From: Candidatus Thorarchaeota archaeon
Lineage (GTDB): Archaea > Asgardarchaeota > Thorarchaeia > Thorarchaeales > Thorarchaeaceae
Direction: 5' to 3'
NCBI GenBank assembly: GCA_048882385.1
Contig: JBHLRQ010000102.1
Span: forward strand, 1-10,906
DNA: 10,906 bases
Positions within the stretch are counted from its first letter, which is position 1; each line of letters begins with the position of its first letter. This document shows, piece after piece, positions 1-6,528 of the stretch. The notes under the pieces were generated by a model. The model saw only the letters and a program-made list of their open reading frames with translations. It was not told where the DNA came from and ran no database searches. The position numbers and the translations under genes are program-made.

Positions 1-3
1 GCA

Positions 4-477
4 GTGTTAAAGGTAGGCGACGAAGCTCCAGATTTCGAAACCGTAGACGACACAGGTGAACGATTCAAGCTGAGTGATTTCAGGGGAAGAAAGATCGTAC
101 TGTACTTCTACCCAAAGGACTTCACTCCAGGTTGTACTGCTGAGGCGTGCTCAATACGCGACAGCTATACTCTCTTCGAGGGTTCTGGAATTCCGATCTA
201 TGGAATCTCTGGAGGTACTGCTGAAACTCATCAGAAGTTTAGGAGTAAGTATGATCTCCCATTCAACATTCTTGTGGATGAAGACTTAGAAATTACAAAA
301 CTCTATGGAGCCTATAGTAGATTGAACATTCTGGGGGCAGGTGTCAAGAGAATCACCTTCCTGATAGATGAAGATGGATGCATCGAAGAGATCTTTGGTG
401 GTTCTGAGGGATCTGATAAAGTTCGTTCAAATCAGCATGCCGAGCAGATAGTAGGTTTCTGGGGCTTAAAGCTCTAG
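4..477 (+). CDS. bcp: Peroxiredoxin, BCP/PrxQ family (thioredoxin-dependent thiol peroxidase)
   Basis: [11 protein letters not shown]-terminus, [17 protein letters not shown] active-site motif (PxxxTxxC with CxxxxC resolving Cys), [10 protein letters not shown] catalytic-Arg motif; GTG start at 4, upstream context lies outside the window. Confidence 0.95.
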   Translation: MLKVGDEAPDFETVDDTGERFKLSDFRGRKIVLYFYPKDFTPGCTAEACSIRDSYTLFEGSGIPIYGISGGTAETHQKFRSKYDLPFNILVDEDLEITKLYGAYSRLNILGAGVKRITFLIDEDGCIEEIFGGSEGSDKVRSNQHAEQIVGFWGLKL

Positions 478-536
478 ACAACTGAACCGCCTATGGCAAT
501 ATTTCTGTCATGGAACAGTATACCTCTATAGATGGA

Positions 537-595
537 ATGATGAGTAACGAATTTATTGATGGAAATATCAAGAGAGTCGGGTCCTTAGGATCTGA
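537..595 (+). ncRNA. Candidate archaeal box C/D methylation-guide sRNA
   Basis: Intergenic between convergent genes. Perfect C box ATGATGA (537-543), 12-nt spacer, D'-like TTGA (556-559), degenerate C' ATCAAGA (567-573), guide region, perfect D box CTGA (592-595). The 59-nt span is typical of archaeal sRNAs. Confidence 0.55.
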
Positions 596-610
596 ACAGA
601 AGTTTGGAGA

Positions 611-1345
611 TTAACGATTCCTTACTGGGATACCGATACTACTCAAATAGATGACACTCTCTTCGGTGGGTTCCAATTCAAGAAGTGTATTGAGTTCATC
701 ATCATAAAGAGATCCTATCTGACAGCTACCAAGTCCAAGACCTTGGGCAGCCAAGGCTAAATTCTGTGCGATGTGACCAGCATCAAGAAACATATAGCGG
801 TAAGCCCTCTGAAGATATTTCCATTTTGACCTCTGAAATACTGCGCTCCAGATGAAGACTACTGATGCGCGCTCTGCAATCTGCTGGTCCAAAGCTCCTG
901 CTTTCACTTCTTTTGCGAAGTTACCTTTTTTCAAAAGTTCGAGTGAATGTTCCTCCACATTATAATGATAGAGTCCCGGTTCTAGTGAAGTGACCCTATT
1001 TACACACAGATAGGTCTCAATAGGATACAGAGCACCAGCAGAGGGTGCTGTGCGTAGTCCATATTCACCAACTCGTGCTGTGAGACCTTGCGTCGCCCAC
1101 AAGATCTGTGATAGGTCTTCAAGGCTGAGTGGATCTTGGGTATACGCACGGAAACTCCGTCTAGTCCTCATCGTTTCCCACAAGCCCGGACCATCTGTAA
1201 CATCAGGAGGAGGTAGCTCGAAGTGTGTTGCAGAAGGATAGGTCTTGTAAGTAGAGAGCTTGGTCGAATAATCGAGGTAGTGTTTTGGTAAGTTACCTCG
1301 TTCGTATTTCGTTGACTTGAGAAAATCATCTCCGACTCCGGACAT
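611..1345 (-). CDS. SagB/ThcOx-family FMN-dependent dehydrogenase / nitroreductase
   Basis: RRSFRAY FMN-binding motif, LSQILWATQG, LRTAPSAGALYPIETY, RSKWKY..RAYRY..LDAGHIAQNL, GLGSCQIG. Start placed at ATG 1345 (MSGVGDD); alternatives are ATG 1351 or TTG 1375. Confidence 0.9.
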   Translation of the reverse strand: MSGVGDDFLKSTKYERGNLPKHYLDYSTKLSTYKTYPSATHFELPPPDVTDGPGLWETMRTRRSFRAYTQDPLSLEDLSQILWATQGLTARVGEYGLRTAPSAGALYPIETYLCVNRVTSLEPGLYHYNVEEHSLELLKKGNFAKEVKAGALDQQIAERASVVFIWSAVFQRSKWKYLQRAYRYMFLDAGHIAQNLALAAQGLGLGSCQIGSLYDDELNTLLELEPTEESVIYLSSIGIPVRNR

Positions 1346-1497
1346 AATCATATTATTGATTCGCTTTGTTATCAATGAGATGTTTTGGACTTAACGGACT
1401 TAACCCGAAAGCATAGACTTTAATGAGGGCTGTGAGCAGCCCGACCTGCTTGACGGGCTTGTATTGCCTGTTCTCCGAATATAAGGAGCTCAACGTA

Positions 1498-2856
1498 ATG
1501 TCTGAAGAAAAACTCTCTGTTGAAGAGTTAAAGAAGAAGGCTGAGAAGCCTGGCAAGGACGCGATGGTCCTTCATCCGTTTTACCAAGGCAAAATTATGA
1601 GCATTGGTAAATGTCCGGTTCGCGACTTCTCAGACTTCGCAATCTGGTATACTCCTGGTGTGGCAAAACCATGCCTGGACATCAAGGATAATCCCGAGAT
1701 GGCTTATGAACATCTGAATAAGGGAAACATGGTTGCTGTTGTTAGCGATGGTACACGTGTCTTAGGTCTTGGAGACATTGGTCCTCTCGCAGCAGGTCCA
1801 GTCATGGAAGGGAAATCGATTTTGTTCAAATATCTTGGTGGTGTTGACGCATGGCCAGTTTGTGTTAACACAAAGGATCCAGACAAAATCATAGAGTTTG
1901 TCAAACTTCTACAGCCATCTTTTGGTGGCATCAATCTCGAGGACATCTCAAAACCAAAATGCTACAGAGTTCTTGAAGAATTGAGGAATGATCCTGAAGT
2001 TAAAATCCCAGTGTGGCATGACGACGCTCAAGGAACAGCTACAGTTGTACTGGCAGGAGTGCTTGGAGGTCTGAATGTTGTCAAGAAAGACATTGAAAAT
2101 GTCACAGTTGCATTTCTGGGTGTTGGTGCTGCAAACACACGAACTGCATACCTGTTGATAGCAGCTGGTGTTGATCCTAAGAACATGATCATGGTGGACA
2201 GCAAAGGTGCAATCTATGCAGATCGAGAGGACATCGTCAAGGATAAGGACTATGACACCTTCAAGTATGACTTGGCTCAGAAGACAAATCCTGACAGAAA
2301 GACAGGAGATTTGGGTGAAGTCATTGAGGGAACAGATGTTCTAATCACAGCATCTAGACCAATTCCAGGTTCAGTCAAGAAGGAGTGGGTCTCCAAAATG
2401 GCATCGGATTCAATCGTGTATGCTTGTGCAAATCCTTTGCCTGAAATCTGGCCATGGGATGCGAAGGATGCAGGTGCTCGAATTGTTGGAACTGGTCGTA
2501 GTGACTTTGACAACCAGATCAACAACTCACTTGGATTCCCAGGTATATTCCGAGGGACCCTAGACGTGAGAGCAAGCACAATCACTGATGAGATGTGTGT
2601 CGCTGCAGCTAAAGCTTTGGCAGACCTTGGTGCAAAAGAAGCTAATGAACGAAAGGTTATTCCCACGATGGACCAATGGGAACTGTATCCTGCAGAAGCC
2701 ACAGCAGTTGGCATGAAGGCTATAGAGCAGGGTATAGCTAAGAAACACTGGGAAGAGAAGGACCTCTACAAGCATGCTGAGGAGATTATCAAGCTTGCAC
2801 GTGGAGCTTCTGAAATGCTCTATGAAAAAGGATTCATTCCAAAGGCGCCTATTTAG
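1498..2856 (+). CDS. mae: NAD(P)-dependent malic enzyme (small prokaryotic/archaeal type)
   Basis: YTPGVA, VSDGTRVLGLGDIGP, VMEGK, GGINLEDI, HDDAQGTA, GVGAA Rossmann motif, ANPLPEI, TGRSDFDNQINN. Start at ATG 1498 is supported by SD AAGGAG at 1483-1488; the ORF-track start 1423 is probably too long. Confidence 0.95.
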   Translation: MSEEKLSVEELKKKAEKPGKDAMVLHPFYQGKIMSIGKCPVRDFSDFAIWYTPGVAKPCLDIKDNPEMAYEHLNKGNMVAVVSDGTRVLGLGDIGPLAAGPVMEGKSILFKYLGGVDAWPVCVNTKDPDKIIEFVKLLQPSFGGINLEDISKPKCYRVLEELRNDPEVKIPVWHDDAQGTATVVLAGVLGGLNVVKKDIENVTVAFLGVGAANTRTAYLLIAAGVDPKNMIMVDSKGAIYADREDIVKDKDYDTFKYDLAQKTNPDRKTGDLGEVIEGTDVLITASRPIPGSVKKEWVSKMASDSIVYACANPLPEIWPWDAKDAGARIVGTGRSDFDNQINNSLGFPGIFRGTLDVRASTITDEMCVAAAKALADLGAKEANERKVIPTMDQWELYPAEATAVGMKAIEQGIAKKHWEEKDLYKHAEEIIKLARGASEMLYEKGFIPKAPI

Positions 2857-2871
2857 TATTAACAACAGGTT

Positions 2872-2909
2872 CCTCTCTGATTAGTCAGAGAGGTCCTCTA
2901 TCTTCTTTT
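2872..2909 (+). terminator. Hairpin plus pyrimidine tract after the malic enzyme gene
   Basis: Perfect 9-bp stem CCTCTCTGA-ttag-TCAGAGAGG (2872-2893) followed by TCCTCTATCTTCTTTT, 15 nt after the stop codon. Confidence 0.65.
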
Positions 2910-3050
2910 GCCGCAATCGCTTGGTGTATTTTATCTCAAAAGCTCTATTTCATTGCACTAGATTATTAAGAAATGAGATTTCCTCCCATCAAACTCGATA
3001 ACCATTCTTACATAGTGTATCCGACCATTGGATCTATTGGAGAAACAAAA

Positions 3051-4157
3051 ATGTCCTATGACAAATGTGTACGTTGCGGTTCATGTCTGACTTTTTGTCC
3101 GATGTTTGACGCAACAGGTGAAGAGCAGTTCTCACCACGAGGGAAGGCATACCTCTTGCAGGTTATGGACCAGATAGAAGATGACGAAGAACTGGGAAAA
3201 GAATTCAGACGTCTTTTATTCCAATGTTCACTCTGTGGTCGTTGTGAAGAAACCTGCTCATCTGGAGTTGACTTGCTCAAGATTTGGCACGAGCAGAGAG
3301 CCAAAGCTATAGAAACTGCACCAGAAGAGTTTGCGTACCTAGAACCCCTCAAGGATGCTCTGTCTAATGTCAAGAACATATACGGTCTGGCTGCTGAAGA
3401 CAGAGCCATCTATTGGCTTGATGAATTAGAAGATGATATTCCTGGTCTTGAAGATAGAGTGTATGAGAAAGGAAAGACTGCTGAGGTAATGGTGTTTCTC
3501 GGTTGTCTTATGTCATTCAGAGGAAGTCAAATAGATGTGCTCAGGTCGCTGTTTCAGTCATTAGAGAACCTCGAGGTAGACTATCTAGTAATGGGTTCAG
3601 AGGAATTTTGCTGTGGGCATCCCCTATATCTTATGGGCGATGATGAAGGTGCACAGAAACTCAGGGAACACAACAAAAAGGTGATAGAAGCAGCAGAAAC
3701 AAAGAATGTTGTGACTTGTTGCCCAGGTTGTCTTATTCAGCTAAGAGAACATCACAACCTAGAAGGTCCTGAAGCACTTCACCACACTCAGTTCTTCGAT
3801 AGGAAAATGAAAACCATCCCTCAATACAAACAGACCGAGAAGTTCTCATATCATGATCCCTGCGAGCTCCATAGGATTCTCGAAATAAAGACAGAACCGA
3901 GGTCAGTCATCAACAAGATGGGTATTGAATTCAAAGAGATGGATTTGAGTTGTTGTGGAGGAGGAGGTCTCCTGAGGATGACCGACCCCAATCTTAGTGA
4001 CAAAGTAATGCAATTGCGAGCGGCACGTGAGGGCGTAAAAGACACAACCGTAATTACCGCCTGCCCCTCATGCCGAGAGCAATTACTTGGACAGAATTTG
4101 AAAACGAAGGACATTGTCGAACTCTTGGCGGACTCAGTTCAAGGAGGTTCCGAGTAA
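3051..4157 (+). CDS. (Fe-S)-binding oxidoreductase subunit, GlcF/GlpC/HdrD-like (2x[4Fe-4S] + two CCG domains)
   Basis: CVRCGSCLTFCP and CSLCGRCEETCS ferredoxin motifs, SPRG; CCG domain 1 FLGC..FCCG..TCCPGC, CCG domain 2 YHDPC..SCCGGGG..TACPSC. ATG 3051 is preceded by GGAG (3039-3042). Confidence 0.9.
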   Translation: MSYDKCVRCGSCLTFCPMFDATGEEQFSPRGKAYLLQVMDQIEDDEELGKEFRRLLFQCSLCGRCEETCSSGVDLLKIWHEQRAKAIETAPEEFAYLEPLKDALSNVKNIYGLAAEDRAIYWLDELEDDIPGLEDRVYEKGKTAEVMVFLGCLMSFRGSQIDVLRSLFQSLENLEVDYLVMGSEEFCCGHPLYLMGDDEGAQKLREHNKKVIEAAETKNVVTCCPGCLIQLREHHNLEGPEALHHTQFFDRKMKTIPQYKQTEKFSYHDPCELHRILEIKTEPRSVINKMGIEFKEMDLSCCGGGGLLRMTDPNLSDKVMQLRAAREGVKDTTVITACPSCREQLLGQNLKTKDIVELLADSVQGGSE

Positions 4158-5495
4158 ATGAGAATCAGAGATGTTGTCATCGGTGCAAATGCAAGCATGT
4201 ACTACAAGCTCAACTTCCGAAAGATCAAGGGGGTCTATTATCCAAGAAACACACAGGAAGTTATCGCTGCAATTCAACACGCTCAAGCTAATGGATTTAC
4301 AGTCACTCCCAAGGGCGGAGGATCAGGACTCAGCGGAGCATGTACTGGAGGCGATGATGAGAGAGTAATGATTAGTAGTCTCCAGATGAAGGAGATACTG
4401 ACTGTATCCAAGGATCAGGGCTACATCGATGTTCAACCGGGAATTAACCCAGACCAGATCAATGCGTTTCTCACTCCCATGGGTGTGCATTTTTATGTGG
4501 CTCCAAGTAGCAGGGATATTGCCACTGTAGGAGGTATCCTAAGTACAGATGGAGGTGGAAATGACACTTGGGTAAATGGAACGATGCGTGATAACACCAT
4601 TAGTGTGAAGCTTGTTCTGTATGACGGACGTCTGATATCAGTTGATCACAAAGGTGTTAGAAGTAACGATACGGAGCTAGAATCTCGACTGAACAAGATT
4701 GGTGTCACGCTCCATGATGTAGCTAGTTCGCATGGTACTCTTGGATTCATTTCAGAGATGCGATTGCTCATCCGCCCATTGGTAAAGGAAAACCTGATTG
4801 GAGGACTTGCAGAATTCCCAGAGTGCAACACCCTTGGGAAGGCACTAACGGACATGGTAAATGAAAATAGTCCGATCAGGTATGGAGAAGCAATCACTTC
4901 TGCGCACCCTGATGTTCGTGGAGAATTGAAACCTCCACTACTCATCCTTGAATTTCCAGAGGAGAATGAATCAGACATCAAGGATATCACGGACTTCAGA
5001 CCACTTGATAAACCGCAATTGGCTAAAATGAAGGATATCAGAATAAAATTACCAAAACGCAATCCCAACGAAGGAATACAAGTCGCACTCTTTGAGGGAT
5101 ATGGTTTCCATGGTGAGAGCTTACTCAGTCTCCAGGACAATCTTGACGAAATTGATGCGCTTTTGATTGAACACGGTATGACTCCATTTGCCAAGTACGG
5201 ACATGGACCGAGTAAATGGTATTTGGGTGACAATACACCAACCTATGGACTGATTCTACACTCGAGAGAAATCAAACCTGAAGGTAAGACGGGACAAGAA
5301 CTTCTCAATACGGTACTTGCGATTGTTGACAAATGTGATGAATTAGGAATAACACCAAAACCAGAACATAAATGGCCATTCTCAGATGCTACCAAGAAGA
5401 GACGACTTGAGGAAATTAGGCAAGTCATTGGAGAGGGCTTCAATCCGTTCCTCCTCTCACCAGAATGTAATGATGTGTTGGGTTCAATGGTGTGA
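4158..5495 (+). CDS. FAD-binding oxidoreductase, GlcD/D-lactate dehydrogenase (VAO/PCMH) family
   Basis: YYPRNTQEV, PKGGGSGLSGA FAD loop, VQPG, ATVGGILSTDGGG, HGTLGFISE, C-terminal EH and FNP motifs. ATG directly follows the upstream TAA (TAAATG) with AAGGAGG SD at 4141-4147. Confidence 0.88.
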   Translation: MRIRDVVIGANASMYYKLNFRKIKGVYYPRNTQEVIAAIQHAQANGFTVTPKGGGSGLSGACTGGDDERVMISSLQMKEILTVSKDQGYIDVQPGINPDQINAFLTPMGVHFYVAPSSRDIATVGGILSTDGGGNDTWVNGTMRDNTISVKLVLYDGRLISVDHKGVRSNDTELESRLNKIGVTLHDVASSHGTLGFISEMRLLIRPLVKENLIGGLAEFPECNTLGKALTDMVNENSPIRYGEAITSAHPDVRGELKPPLLILEFPEENESDIKDITDFRPLDKPQLAKMKDIRIKLPKRNPNEGIQVALFEGYGFHGESLLSLQDNLDEIDALLIEHGMTPFAKYGHGPSKWYLGDNTPTYGLILHSREIKPEGKTGQELLNTVLAIVDKCDELGITPKPEHKWPFSDATKKRRLEEIRQVIGEGFNPFLLSPECNDVLGSMV

Positions 5496-5498
5496 ACG

Positions 5499-5747
5499 TC
5501 ATCTAGATCTTGGTGCCTGCTTTATGCAGAGAAAAAGAACAGAAATGAAAACAACTATCGAGATTATCACTGCAGTGATGGGACCTCCTGGGATATATTC
5601 TGAAAACCCGGGGCTGTTAAGCATCACTGATACGACGAGTAATGTAAGAGATAAGATACAATAGATTGTCGTACCTTTGCATTCATTTTGTGACTGGTAC
5701 TGTATCTGTGTGTTTGGTGATTCGAGATGGTTGAAAAGCGATGACAA
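5499..5747 (-). CDS. Possible small membrane protein with two predicted TM helices
   Basis: Fills an otherwise empty ~300-bp gap; two hydrophobic stretches (IYCILSLTLLVVSVML and PITAVIISIVVFISVLFLCI) followed by a basic tail. TTG start with no clear SD, so the start and even its existence are uncertain. Confidence 0.45.
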   Translation of the reverse strand: MSSLFNHLESPNTQIQYQSQNECKGTTIYCILSLTLLVVSVMLNSPGFSEYIPGGPITAVIISIVVFISVLFLCIKQAPRSR

Positions 5748-5812
5748 TTAGTTCACATATCATTTCGAGAAGTCAGACTAGTATATGTCTTGTCTTTGAA
5801 GTAACTTTTGAT

Positions 5813-6310
5813 TCAATAGGTTGAAAGCTGTTCAGCAAGAAATTCCGCAACGGAGGATAGCTCAAATGGCCAAGCATATTTGAAAGAAACATCTGGATGA
5901 CGAGTCTGGGCATGTTCTATCATATGTGGGATGTCATTCTCAGAGTGCTCTCCTCCAGGAGTCATCATTGGAGTAATTACAACTACTTCGTTTGCGCCTG
6001 ATGAAACAGCATTCTCTAGGGCTTCAGCTATGCTTGGACTACAGAACTCATTAAAACCCAAAAAAACATCTTTTCCAGTGATTCTGCTCAGTTCTTCTGA
6101 AAGTCTATTTGATGCGTCCCAGAAAGGATCATTCTCAGCGGTACGCGGCCATCTTCGGATTCTCTTTTCCATCTCATCATGTTTCTGGCGCATTGTTTGA
6201 GGAAATCCGCTTCCATGTTCAAGAGCCAAATGCAGTTTGAAAAACTCTAGAAGTTCAGAATGAGGATAATCCTTTGGAGGCGTCCCATGCATTGCCAGTA
6301 CAATTGACAT
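5813..6310 (-). CDS. cbiX: Single-domain class II chelatase, CbiX(S)/SirB family (sirohydrochlorin chelatase-like)
   Basis: VLAMHG, GFNEFCSPSIAEAL, VVVITPMMTPGGEHSENDIP (both metal-binding His present), HPDVSFKYAWPF. Start ATG 6310 (or TTG 6313) with GGTGTGA SD-like sequence upstream. Confidence 0.85.
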   Translation of the reverse strand: MSIVLAMHGTPPKDYPHSELLEFFKLHLALEHGSGFPQTMRQKHDEMEKRIRRWPRTAENDPFWDASNRLSEELSRITGKDVFLGFNEFCSPSIAEALENAVSSGANEVVVITPMMTPGGEHSENDIPHMIEHAQTRHPDVSFKYAWPFELSSVAEFLAEQLSTY

Positions 6311-6380
6311 CAATTCACACCAGCAGCAGATGTTTTGGTATATCCTAAATTCCTTGTGATATTACCATTTCATGAACTGG

Positions 6381-6475
6381 AATACTTTCGGTTGTACATC
6401 CATTTTTCCGATTAAGAAACCTCTAATTGATAATAATAGATTCTTACGGCATTTCCGGGCCAAAATACTTTCGGT
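6381..6475. repeat. 12-bp direct repeat AATACTTTCGGT (6381-6392, 6464-6475) upstream of the cdc6/orc1 paralog
   Basis: Two exact copies flank the AT-rich stretch TAATTGATAATAATAGATT; a second repeat TTCCGATTA occurs at 6406-6414 and 6518-6526. Confidence 0.75.
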
Positions 6476-6486
6476 GATGTCTCTTA

Positions 6487-6499
6487 GGGGGTTTATATA
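6487..6499 (+). promoter_or_regulatory. TATA box (TTTATATA) preceded by a G-run; probably a leaderless or short-leader cdc6/orc1 transcript
   Basis: TTTATATA at 6492-6499, about 30 nt upstream of ATG 6529; no SD in between; GGGGG at 6487-6491. Confidence 0.65.
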
Positions 6500-6528
6500 C
6501 CAAGTTCTGAGACGAAATTCCGATTAGA

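Noticed and set aside
611-1345. Azole-containing RiPP (TOMM) cluster suggested by the SagB/ThcOx gene
   Set aside because: No YcaO cyclodehydratase, E1-like partner, precursor peptide or transporter nearby; stand-alone SagB-like nitroreductases are common in archaea.
1423-1497. 25-aa N-terminal extension of malic enzyme; similarly the 2973-3050 extension of the Fe-S protein
   Set aside because: SD motifs precede the downstream ATGs (1498, 3051) and the extensions carry no family motifs.
6314-6528. Canonical archaeal oriC call
   Set aside because: No full ORB consensus (TCCAxTGGAAA...G-string), the AT-rich patch is short and the adjacent initiator looks ATPase-dead; kept only as a hypothesis under findings.
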